Assembly: GCA_028534125.1 (NCBI GenBank)
Contig: CM052817.1
Coordinates: 58,654,001 to 58,718,000 of the forward strand
Reading direction: 5' to 3'
Source: Lama glama
Taxonomy: Eukaryota
Length of the DNA stretch: 64,000 nucleotides
The notes under the pieces are model-generated. The model ran no database searches. It worked only from the letters and a program-made list of their open reading frames with translations, and was not told the origin of the DNA. Below, piece after piece: positions 53,031 through 64,000 of this stretch (positions are counted from its first letter, which is position 1; every line of letters begins with the position of its first letter). The translations under genes were made by a program, and so were the position numbers.

Positions 53031-54339
53031 TGTGAGGTATGGGCAACCTCATTTGTCCTGGGAGCTCATATTACCTATGGAAGATTGGCTCGTTGATCTT
53101 GGAGAAAGACCATAGGCCATACTGCAATCTTTGCCAGTCTAGGCTGGTTCAAGATGTGTATGTGTGAAGAGGTAGGGAGTGGGGCATTCCAACCAAAGTT
53201 ACCACTTTATGTTGCAACAATCCAGGAAGAAGCAACTCTGTCAGGATTTCACCCCCAAATCCTTAAGGAGTTATGGGAAAGCCAGTTTTATAATATTGTT
53301 CTCCACAAATCCAGGGGGTTGGATTGGGAGAAGTAAAGGACTTAATGCTGCTTACTTTCACCTCATCCAGTAAGATTCTTGCCCACATAGTTGCCCAGAG
53401 TGATTTGAGGAAAGGTGAGAGACAATGATTGTCCAAAGGGAAGGAGTGCATGAGGTGGGGTGAAGAGAGACAAAAAGAATTTAAATTGCCCTTCCATTCT
53501 TGTCACTAGCTTTTCTCTGCAACTAGCAACTTGTGTAAGTTGGACATCTTGTTGAACACATGAATTTTCTGTCAGGGTGGTGAATTCATCTATATTAAAT
53601 ATGCATTATTTAAGTGAAGTGTTTCTATTCAGTGGTTTACAATTTCTCCTATAATTCACTTTCCTCTTTTAAATTGTTCACATATTTTTAAAATTTTGTT
53701 AACTTATGATTCTGCATATAGACCTCATAGCTAGACAATATTATAGAGTTGGAAACTTACATTTATTCAACAATGAGATCCCCATTTATAATGAAGATAT
53801 TCTAAAAATCTGACCTTAAAAATATTCCTTTGAAAGACACTTAAATGAAGTGTGAAAATGTCAAGCATCAGCTAATAAATCTTTGTGAAATTTTCTATTT
53901 ATATGCCATTTTTAAATGAATTGATAACTCACACATATAAAACTTAGAATAGATAACATATAGTGAGACTTCTGAAATCTCATCCAAAATGTTGTTCTTT
54001 TGTGAATACAATTGAATGTTTCTAAATATTGCCTCTGTTACAGCCTAAATAATCCACACATTATTTTAGTGGATTAAACTGCTTTATTATCTTTTTTGAT
54101 GTAAAGCAGTATACCAATCAAAGGAAAAAAGTGGTATGTTTGTTTCTATGCACGTTCTTACACAAAAGCATCTATATGAGTGTGTGGCCATCTGTTAGAA
54201 GTGCCAAGAAAGCAAATTCTGTAAGACGACTATTACTTGTTAAGTTCCAGTTTATTTTACTGATACCCCAAACTACCCTCCTCCAAGAAAGCAACTTGCT
54301 TTGTTCCAAGAAAGACTGTCTGTACTGTCCATTAGCTCC

Positions 54340-54480
54340 AATTCTGTCTCCTTTTTCCACCCACTTCCTCTTTTTCTTTCTCCACTTCCTTCTCAACTTG
54401 CCTTTCCTTTGTGTTTTGGCCATTTCTTCCACCATCTATTTCCTTCTTTTTCCTCACACTTTTTCTTTCTTCTTCCTGTA
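54340..54480. repeat. Polypyrimidine low-complexity tract
   Basis: About 140 bp of almost only C/T; explains the F/L-rich and K/R-rich pseudo-ORFs here. Confidence 0.85.
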
Positions 54481-54623
54481 TTATCAGGTAGCAGTGGTAC
54501 CATTATATTGACAAGTTGTAATGATGATTATATCTAGTATTTAATCATTAAATATTTTCCTTGTATTGGGCATGTGCTCAGCTTTTTACCATGAGTAATT
54601 AGAGTTGGTGGTGCTTGGGATTC

Positions 54624-54967
54624 TACTATGGTCTGAACGTTTGTGTCCTCCCCAAATTCATATATTGAATTCTAACCCCCCAGGTGATAGTATTAGAAGC
54701 TGGGGCCTTTGGGGAATGATGAGGTCATGAGGGCAAAGCCCTCACGAATAGGACTAGTGCCCTTATAAAAGAGACAGTACAGAGATCTCCCAGCCTTTAC
54801 ACCATGGGAGGACACAGGGAGAAAGTGCCATCTGTGAGGAAGCAGGCCATCCTCAGACACTGATCTTAGACTTTCCAGCTTCCAGATCTGTGAGAAATAC
54901 ACTGCTACTGTTTGTAAGCCACACAGTCTATGATATCTTGTTATAACAGCCCCAACAGACCAAGACA
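54624..54967 (+). mobile_element. MaLR LTR, MLT1A-like, with degenerate 5-bp TSD (gattc/gattg)
   Basis: t.ctatggtctgaacgtttgtgtcc.cccaaattcatatattgaa...gcccttataaaagagac...aagccac.cagtctatg.tat.ttgttataacagcccc.acagac.aagaca. Confidence 0.92.
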
Positions 54968-55769
54968 GATTGGATAGACATTGGCTTGTGATTTCATTAA
55001 AATTATGCTGAAAACTGTGAGGTTGGATTAAAATTCATAGACAAAGGAATTTAGATTTAAAAAGGTTAATTTAAAAACTACAGAGTTGTATATATATACT
55101 TTGAATAAAGTATATAATCTCTCTATGTATACTTTATTCCTATGTTGATTTAGGTGTGTTACTAAAAATGGAGCATACATACAGTAGTGCAGTTGTGAAT
55201 ATTTAAAAGAGAACTGAAAATGAAATAACACTGAAATTGTTCATAAATTTCTTTAGTGAATTGTTACTCCTTAAATATTCTTTCCATTGCATTAGAACAC
55301 GAAGAAAGTGTATGATATTTCATAATAAACTCAGTAGATCTTGGCATATAAAACAATGACATTTAGAGGTACCTGAATCATTCTTGGATAATTATATGCT
55401 GTATTAAATTGTTTTACAAGAGATGGGTAACATTAGACTGACCTAAGCTAGTTTGATCTTTCTAAGAATAAATGGAAGTTGAAAGGTTTGCTTTGCTTAG
55501 CATTTCCAAAAAGAATAAAAATATGTAAAACATTTTGGACTATAATTTCAGGAATGAAATTAGAGATTAAATATCTTTATAAATTCAAAAAGAAGTGAAA
55601 TGTGTATAATAATTTACATTTTAAATCACAAGAATCCTGGCCAAGTGGAGAAAAAGTTGAAGTGAACATACTTTAGACTTTGGATGAAATACAATAAGAA
55701 AAACACCTTGAAGAGCTTATCAGATTCCTTAAATAGAAAGTAATTTTTTTTTTCCTGGAGTTAATAGTG

Positions 55770-56300
55770 TCCTAGAGAATGTTAGACCAGACAGAGAGCC
55801 AGAGACCAGATTATAAAGAACCAAATGAATCATGCTAAGGAGTTTTAAACTTATCTTGAATTTGTAAGAACCAATGAGGTGTGATCTGATTTTATTTTAC
55901 AAGGATAATTTGGCTGCAACATGGAGTATATATTAAGTGAAACAAAGCTAGAGGAGAGTGTACTACTAAAAGAGCAAGATGTTGGAGGAACAATCATGAA
56001 AGTCTGGAGTAAACACTGGCAGTTAAAAATGGAGAAGAATAGACACATTTGAAGGTGATTTCGGATGAGAATATCTTGGACTTGGGATGGGTCACTGTGG
56101 GAAACTAAGCATCTAGGATGACCTTTAGGGTTTTAATTGGAGATTCTTTGATAATGATACCTTTTTCTGGTACAGGGAGTCCAAAGAGAAAGAAAAATGT
56201 TAGATGACAGGTTTTGTTTAGAATGATGAGATAGTGAAGCATTTGGGCTATTTAAGTAGATATGCCTAGTAGGCATTTTGACATAAGAGACATTGAAAGA
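55770..56300 (-). mobile_element. L2 fossil
   Basis: ccatgctaaggagttt..acttatctt-like, gtgatctgatttt.ttttacaaggataatttggctgca, ctaggatgac. Confidence 0.6.
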
Positions 56301-56519
56301 AGTTGCATATATTTTTACTAATAAAAGGAATGAAAAGGTCAGGTGTGATATTATCTTTCATAATTTTGATTTGCTATGTCATAGTTTTTTATTAATTTTA
56401 ATTCAAGTCCACTTCAGTTACATACATCTAATATGTATATATGTCTCGCATTAATTCTTAATGAGCAAATATTAACTTGAAATAACATGTTCACTAATCT
56501 AGCCAGTATTTTTTGAAAT

Positions 56520-57530
56520 ATAAATTCAATACTGGGATCATAGCTAAAAAACTAATGCATATATTGCTTTATAGTGTTATTTTTACTGGTTACAATCCTT
56601 TGAACACAATTGAACAGTATGTAGCATAATCCACAAAGATGCCCATATTATTTAATTCTATTTCCACAGTTTATCCTAAAAAAAATTCAAAATAAAAAAT
56701 AGAAATATGCACAAAATGTTCTGTGTGGTTCTAAAATTAGTCTAAATAGCCTCAAGATTTAACAAATAATGAAATGTAAGCAAAATGCAATAATATATGC
56801 CCTTTACAAGTTGACACATAAGGGATGAAGGATGAAATTAAAAGAAGTTCTGTTAGACCTTGAATCTTAGATTTTTCTTTTTGCCTAGGAAATTGTTCAT
56901 CAGCTGGATTTCAGTACCTTTTTCATGGGACTATTTGTACAACTTGATTTAAACCGTAAATATATATCAAAATTATAAACTTATTATTCTAATATTTTTA
57001 ATAAACTTATAGAAAGTATGGATGACTTACTGTAATTGTGGGACAATGATTTTATCCAACAATTTAAGCATTAATAATAAAAGTTGAAGATGGAATGAGG
57101 AGAGGCAAAGGACAAAAAAGCTTACTAATGCTTTCATGATATCTTTCATGATACAGAACTACTAGGTACTATCTAAATTTGACATACCAAGAGATAGAGG
57201 CTTAAATATATACTTAAATATTAGTGATTATTAGAAGCATTGATTAAAAACAATGTTAATTATATAACCAATGAAAATTGAAAGGTGAAGGAGAAAATGT
57301 AGGATAATAAAAGTATGTTAATTTTTTACCTGAACAAAAATTGTGAGAAATTATCAATGATATCTAAATGTGATGAATTAAGAAGTAGAGGAAATTATAT
57401 TTTAAATTATTGTAACCGCAAGAATGAATAAAAACAGTTAAGACTGTTTAAGTCTGTAAGTGGGACCAGGGTGAAGGGAGAATATATTCACCTTTAATTT
57501 TATGCACTTCTATATGCTTTGTGTGGGGAT
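56520..57530 (+). mobile_element. Ancient L1ME-type fragments
   Basis: A-rich degenerate sequence with ORF2-end-like (aattctatttc...tttatcctaa...atatgcacaaaatgttc) and 3'UTR-like segments. Confidence 0.4.
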
Positions 57531-57999
57531 ATTTGAAAACATTACATCTACAATATACTGTCTAGTTTTAAAAATAGTTGCTATTAACATATGACTTTGA
57601 AACATATAATAAAGATGTGTACAAAATATATAGGCACTATGATTGATAATAGATAAAATAGATTTGCATAGTAGCCAACGTGTAAGTAATACAAAGATGA
57701 ACACAGAATGTGTTTATGTATCTTTTATTAAAATTTAATTTTATTTTTTAGTTCCTAATATTTTATTTAAAAGAAAACTTTAAATATACATTTAAAACAG
57801 TAAATAAAACTGGACCTAAGACTGTTACTTAAGATCTTACCACTATTTATTGAGTTTTTGGAAATACTTAGTTTCTTTGGGATTAGTTTTCTCTTTTCTT
57901 GACTTTTGGTTTTGGCCTTTTCTTTTGATCATAAATGTCAGAAAAATAATATGATCTACCTTAAACTAAAGTGGGAATTCATCAAAGGACTACTATATT

Positions 58000-58600
58000 T
58001 TCTTCCAAATTCTCTTCTCATAACTTCCTTACCTCCATTTTCTTTATATAGCAGCCAGAGTGATGTATGCTAAATACAATTGAATCATACTTAAAGCATT
58101 TCAGTGGTCTCCCACTGAACTTAACATAAAAGGCAATGCTTAATAGAGCCTATAATCATCTGATGATGTTAATCATGCATCTTACTCATTAAGTTCTAGC
58201 TACGCTATACTTTTTCTGTTTTTCAAAAAAGAAAAGTGTATACTTCTCCCCCACCCACAAACACTCCTTAAGCTTTTTCCATCTCTTTCTGAAACAGTCC
58301 CCTGCTTACAGCCTGAATGTGTCCTTGTCTTGAAGGTTTAACCTGAAGCACCATTTTCTCAGGAAGGCCCACTATATCTTCACATACAAATAAAGAACAT
58401 CATTCATGTAATTCTCTCTCCTTACAGCTCAGGGCATCCCTTTTTGTCACTTACCAAATTTGTAACATCATATCTATTGGTATGTTTCCTTATTGAAGCT
58501 TGCCTTCCCTATGAACTATAAGCAATGAAAAAGCCAGGACAGCATTGTTTTACTACTCTCCCAGTAACGAATACATTGTGTTCAGTGCTCTATATACACC
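58000..58600 (+). mobile_element. L2 fossil
   Basis: gcagccagagtgat...ttaaagcatttcagtggtctcccactg.actta.cataaa...actataagc. Confidence 0.7.
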
Positions 58601-59714
58601 ACTCTCTCAAGAGTCTGCACTGCTTCCACCAGCTGCACAGCTAGCAGAGTGGTGTCTTACTCAGGAGTTGGGCTCTAAAATGGTTGAGTGAACAATTAGC
58701 CAAAAATTTTATAGAAATAGTTTAATTTGTAATATATAAATATAAAATACACAAAATAATAGGTATTAAACAAAATTAAATATTGCTGTATTTCTAATCA
58801 CAGAGGAAGAATGAACTCATAGTTTAATTTACATAGTTAAATATGCTATAATTACTGATGGATGAATTAATAAATTATAGATACTCATTAAATATTTGTT
58901 GGAATCAATTAAGCCCAGCTCTACATGGATAAACAGACATTCCAAGCAACTAAGTATTCGCACATAATCTCTTTAGATTCTATTTCAGTAGATTTTGCTG
59001 TTCAGATAAACATGTATGGGATTATTTTATTTTCACTTGTGCTTATGAGTATGCTGAAGGAAATTTGAAGGATAATGTATTTTATGGCTTTCAAAATTTC
59101 TTGAGTTTGCCAGTAAAGTTTGATCAGTGTATACAGTTTGTCAGGTGAAGTTTGATTCATAACATCCATTGTTTTCCAGCTGATTGTCAACCTGTAATGC
59201 TGTGCTGTCTCAGCAAGTCTTCAGTGATCTTCTTTTGGTCTCCCTTATGCTTATCTTTCTGGAATGCTGTCGTCAGCATATTGATGTTAATGAATGACTG
59301 CCTTTTGTGTCACTTCTCAGTTTTTTCTAAGGATTTTGATATACATTAAAATTAAATCAATACCATAAAACAAAATTGTCACAATCCTCTCTTTGAAGAA
59401 AAGTGAGTCTTTTCTTCAAAACAGGAATCTGATTTTTAAACCATAATGATAAAGTGAGCAGGGTGTTATATCTGACCTTCCTAAATAAAAATATCAAGCA
59501 AGGAAAAAACTAGAGGAATTTTTCCCATGCTTTCAAAGATGTCAATCTCAATATTGCAGGCAGGCAGGTTTCTGTTTTTGAGACAGATTTGTTTGTTTTT
59601 TAATAGGAACCATTTTCAAGGTTGAATTAAGATTCTCTGGTTGTTGTATTGGTCAGCACACTTAAAACTCTCCCAGAACTCAGTAACTATACCAAACTCC
59701 ATTTTTCCAGATTG

Positions 59715-59718
<4 letters not shown>

Positions 59719-59752
<34 letters not shown>
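59719..59752. repeat. (TG)17 microsatellite
   Basis: Perfect dinucleotide run followed by catgtgtgagagag. Confidence 0.97.
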
Positions 59753-59753
<1 letters not shown>

Positions 59754-61117
59754 ATGTGTGAGAGAGACTTCAAAGGTACCATAAACAATATCCTTTTGCC
59801 CTCCTAAATTCAGAAATAATTGCAAAATACAAGATTTAGAGAGATTAAATGAGACTATAATACCACCCAAACCTGACTTGGAATACAGCCATGTAGCCAT
59901 CCAATACATTCTTACCTGAGCTGAGATGCCCCATCAGAGTTGCTGACAAAAAGGGAGACTTGCAGGCTTCTCCCACAGGGCATGAGTCTGTAAAGCCTGT
60001 GTCTGGACAAGCTGAGAGTTCATCCTGTGGACAGGCCATGTTTATTTATCCTAAGGTCACCTACCAGTTAATGGATGAAGAGGAGTGAGTGAGAAGTAGA
60101 GAAAGAAACCAGAAGAGTACTTCTAGCAGAAGTCCCCTCATGTAAATGTGGACCAGGAGAATGGAGAGTTTCATAGTTTAGAAAGTGGATGTTACAGACC
60201 AGGTTGTTGTTAATGAGGGAATGTTTGGGACTTGAAGTATCAAAAAAAAAAAAAATTCTCCTGGGCCCTATTTCCTATGGAAGACACTCCAATATTCATG
60301 ATTTTTTTTCCCTAATTCCCATCATTGTTGGAATCATCAAATTAATTTCTCACTTAAAATACAAAATTCAGGCAAAAGTAAGGATCAAGTACATAAGCTT
60401 TTGCTGAAAAAAAAAATCCTAACCTATTCATGAAAATATTTTTTACCTGATGTTACAGCATCAAATCCTCAGACACGTGTTTGATGTGTGCCTATTCTTT
60501 AATGTCCTCACTTTTGTCTTTCTGCTTCCTTTCTTCTGTTTTTTGTTTGTTTGTTTCTCTTAAGGCATTTATACAGCCTAGAATTACTAGAATAACCCAT
60601 AGTTCATATATCATTTCCAATCTGTCTCTGCTTAAATTTATAGACCATGCAAATGCTAGAAATTTTACTGGACTTGTCATGTCCCTAATACTAAATTCCC
60701 TATAGCAGGCGCTTCTGCAGTATGTCAGTTTCAGCAGCCGGTCTCCGCTGAATCCTCTCAGACCTCATGTACCATCTCTCATTCACCTACTTGTTCATTT
60801 ATTTTAAAAAGTATCAAACACGTAGAATGTGCCACAAACTACATTAGACAGTTTGGAATCAGTAAGGCTCTAAATAGACATGATCCATGCTGTAGGGAAC
60901 TTACATGCTAGTGCAGAAAATAGACCAAATATAGGCAAACAGCCAAATAAAAGAAGTACTTGTCAATTGAAATGAGGGATATTTGGTAAAAAGAGATTAA
61001 AAATTAAAAGATAATTACCTGGAGATAGGAATTTAAAGAGTGTATCTCTAAGGCAGTGACACCTAATATGAAGAACATTCCAGATGGAGGGAATGGCATG
61101 TTAAAAACTCAACTGTG

Positions 61118-61238
61118 GAGGGAGAGGTTATAGCTCCATGGTAGAGTGCATGGTCATGTGCATGAGGTCCTGAGTTCAATCCCCAGTACATCCATTTAAA
61201 ATTAAATAATTAGTTAATTCATTAATTACTTCCTCTCA
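61118..61238 (+). mobile_element. tRNA-derived SINE, camelid Vic-1-like, with TSD
   Basis: A-box-like TAGCTCCATGG and B-box-like GAGTTCAATCC, then an AT-rich linker and aattacttcctctc end. TSD aaaaactcaactgtg (61103-61117) / aagaattcaactgtg (61239-61253). Confidence 0.88.
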
Positions 61239-61400
61239 AAGAATTCAACTGTGAAAATTCTTTGTTCACTCAAGCAACTGGAAGATGAGTATGTCACTTT
61301 TCAAGGGGAAGACTGGTATGAGATGAAGTTAGCATAATAAATAAGGGCCAGGAGAGGCAGGGGAGCTGTACTTCATGGTAAAGGTTCACTTTCTATCATA

Positions 61401-61680
61401 TAGACCAGAACGGCTTGATAGAAATACAAAACATGCAACGAGTAATAATCATTTATGTAATTTAATATTTCAAGTATGTTTTATTTAACTCATATCCAAA
61501 ACAGTATTCAAGATGTAATAAATATAAAATATTCATAAAATATTTTATTAATGAGGTCTTTTTGGTACTTTAAAATCCAGTGAGTATTTTACACTTAATA
61601 CATCTCAGTTTGAACTAGCCACATTTCAAGTACTCATTTGCTACATGTGGCTGGTGGCCACCATGTTAGAATGGGATATT
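61401..61680. mobile_element. MER33-like hAT-Charlie element
   Basis: catctcagtttgaactagccacatttcaagt.ctca.t.gc.acatgtggctggtggc.acca is the MER3/MER33 hallmark. Confidence 0.85.
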
Positions 61681-61800
61681 ATTAAAAGGTTCTAAGCATA
61701 AGAGTGAGATGATTCAAATTACATTCAAATTACTATGCTGTTATTTACAGATAAGGAGTGGAGAAAATATGGGTGAAGACAGGAATACCAGTTACAAGGC

Positions 61801-62278
61801 TGTGTTAGTTTCCTTTGGCTGCTATGAAAAAGTACCATAAATTGCTTGACTTTACAAAAAAACTCAAAAAACAAACAAACAAAAAGCAGGGGTTTTTTTC
61901 TTTCATTTCTGGAGACAAATGTCTGAAATCAAGATGCTTACTAGATCACATTTCCTCTGAAGGCTCTAGGGAAGAATGTTTCATTGCCTCTTCTAGCTTC
62001 TGTGGTTGCTGGCAATTTTTGTGGTTGCCTGGCCTACAGATACACCATTCTTCTCTCTGCCTCTGTCTTTACATGGCTTTCTCTCCTGTGTCCAAATATT
62101 CCTTTTATAAGGGCACCAGTCACGTTGTATTTACAACCCGTCTTAATCTAGTAGAACCTTATTTTAACTTGATTACATTTGCAAAGATCTTATTCCCAAA
62201 TAACGTCACATTGACAAGTTCCAGACAGACATGAATTATTTGGGGGTGGAGAGATGTGTCACTATTCAACCTATTACA
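61801..62278 (-). mobile_element. MaLR LTR, MLT1C-like
   Basis: tgtgttagtttcct..ggctgct.t.aaaagtacca.aaatt...ctctgaaggctctagggaagaat...ttaacttgattacat.tgcaaaga...cactattcaacc.a.taca. Confidence 0.9.
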
Positions 62279-63314
62279 GAGACTATAGAAATAATAGATG
62301 GTGATAGCTTGTGCACACCTGGTGCATGTCTGTGCTCCATTCCCTTGCTTGTATCTAGGTCATGGGTCAGGGTAGTGGCAGTAGATAGAAAAGAAAGACT
62401 GTGAACTCTTAATTAACAGATGTGTTGAATGTAGAGGGGCCAAGCCCAAACAATTGAGGTGATGCTTCTCAGTCACAACTTCTCATTCCTTTCTGTTCAG
62501 TTACTAAATGCCCCTAGCTTCTTAAGGATCTAGCTCAAAGACATCTTTCAGACTCCTCTTTGAGGTCTTTTAATATTAGCTCCATCTTACTGAGAAGAGT
62601 ATTAAATTAAAAGAAATAGATCAGTCTGTTGAAAGCGCTAAAGAAATCAAATACATATTTGTTTAGTCCACCATTACCGAAACTATGCTGGTATTTATTT
62701 ATAGTACAATGTGCCCTTCGAAAAAAATCCAAAAACTGTTAAGAGTATTGTTAGAATTGAAACAGAAAGCATCATTCAGTTCTGGTTGGGAGAAAGAGTC
62801 CATATACTTTGCATCTAGAATATTGTGTACTGTTTTGTGGATATAATATCTCCACTAATTTCAGTCTCCAAAGATATAAAAAGTCCCAGTTTACTTTTTT
62901 GATCCATCTATTTTTTAAGTGACCTAAACGTTTCTTAAACCTAGGTGTATGTTCAGTTTGTACAATCTCTTATAGTTAATGAGCGCCATAATTTTAAAAT
63001 ATGCTGTGTAATGGTCTGTCCTTATTTCTTAAAAAAAAAAAAAAAAACCGCCTCCAATGCAGTCTGAAGTGATGGCTTGTGGAGGATGTCAAGCAATTCC
63101 TAATGAGTTTAGGTATCATAAGATAGGATGAAAGTAAATACGCGATCCAGATGTTTGTTTTATTGATTTTTTTTGACAGTTCCTCTTTCTGTTTGTCTTT
63201 ATATTTTGACCCATTTTTCAAATGTTTAAACATAAAATAAACCCCTTATCCCTTTGACTTGTTGCAACTTTTTCAAACTTTTCCTGAGATGTGGTGACCA
63301 AGAAAGGACTAGTA

Positions 63315-63870
63315 ATAAGTCAGCTGCTATCATTTGTGAGATTAGGGCCAAGAACATAAAAGGGGACTCACAGAACATAAGTCTAAAGATTTAAGTTATA
63401 AATCAAGCTTAAAAATTACTCAGTAAAATATCTTCTAGCCTCCTGTCTTGATAAATATACTTTTCTAATGACTTGGAAATCAGTGTTCAAATTACAGATT
63501 TTTTTTGGACTCCATAGAGTTGTGTGCCAGAACCTGACCATGGGAGAGAGCCAGCCCTGGCTCCGGCCTAACCTGGCCCTTGAACACCCTGTGTTCTGCC
63601 CCTTAGAGCCTGGTGAGCATGTGTGTGATCAACCCAGCTGTCCCATAGCCATTCCTTGGACAACTCTCAGGAGGGATGACCTGAGTCATGTCCTAAGCCA
63701 GGCTGTGAGTTCCAGGGTTCTGCAGTATGGTTGGAAGGGGAACAGGGCTTTACGGGGGCACTTTCCTAATCTCTAATCCCTGCAGAATCCCCTCCCCTTG
63801 GGCAGAGATAGGGTGGGAGGAAGGTCAGCGTAGGTCCTCTTATACAAACAGCTCTCATCTAAGTTGAAGG
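63315..63870. mobile_element. MER115-like hAT-Tip100 element
   Basis: gtctaaa.attt.agttataaatcaagct...aaaatat.ttcta.cctcct..cttga.aaatatac.tt..taatgac.tggaa followed by a GC-richer body, as recalled for MER115. Confidence 0.75.
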
Positions 63871-64000
63871 AAAAAACTGATTAGTGCAGCTATTAAGTGT
63901 ACAGCAAATACTAACATTTTTTATTTAATTCTAATCTCTGTTGTTAAAAGTGGGTGGTGAGTGTATAGGGATCCTTTCTCTTAACTCTGCCTATGTTTTG

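Larger units (their letters stand above)
60780..62320 (-). mobile_element. L2 fossil broken by nested SINE, MER33 and MLT1C insertions
   Basis: L2 3' end (ttcattt...agacatgatcc.tgc...ggaacttacat.ctagt). The L2 pattern resumes after each insertion (ttctaagcata.gagtga.atgatt; accagtta.aaggc|...gatggtg.tagcttg). Confidence 0.65.

Noticed and set aside
61118..61195. tRNA gene
   Set aside because: Degenerate cloverleaf with an AT-rich tail and TSD: a SINE, not a tRNA.
1..64000. Short 60-140 aa ORFs in the supplied track; any operon, CRISPR array or prokaryotic system
   Set aside because: The sequence is mammalian intron-like DNA. The ORFs have low-complexity F/L/I/K-rich composition or lie in repeats, and there is no repeat-spacer array.

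Overview
AT-rich, CpG-poor mammalian genomic DNA with a 500-N assembly gap (49664-50163). It is most likely camelid, inferred from a Vic-1-like tRNA SINE, artiodactyl-type L1 3' ends and the absence of Alu, BovB/Bov-tA, PRE-1 and Can-SINE. No complete protein-coding gene is present, and nearly all listed ORFs are chance ORFs or LINE-1 remnants. The window reads as the inside of a very large gene transcribed on +: there is one convincing 53-bp internal exon (24808-24860, xFISYTWFGPQIVKDFAK, gene not recognised), and most young L1s and LTRs lie antisense. Repeats include a probably full-length young L1 with a CpG-rich 5'UTR that spans the gap, several truncated or rearranged L1s, two young ERV1 solo LTRs with perfect 4-bp TSDs, older MaLR/ERVL/ERV1 LTRs, hAT and Tigger DNA transposon relics, and MIR/L2 fossils. 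Several repeat-free, motif-dense blocks look like developmental enhancers. I found no support for a novel multi-gene system. The most notable items are local structures: a 64-bp dispersed duplication, a microhomology-mediated L1 internal deletion, an LTR R-region hairpin, an E-box cluster and candidate cryptic exons. Repeat family names come from recalled consensus sequences, not a database search.
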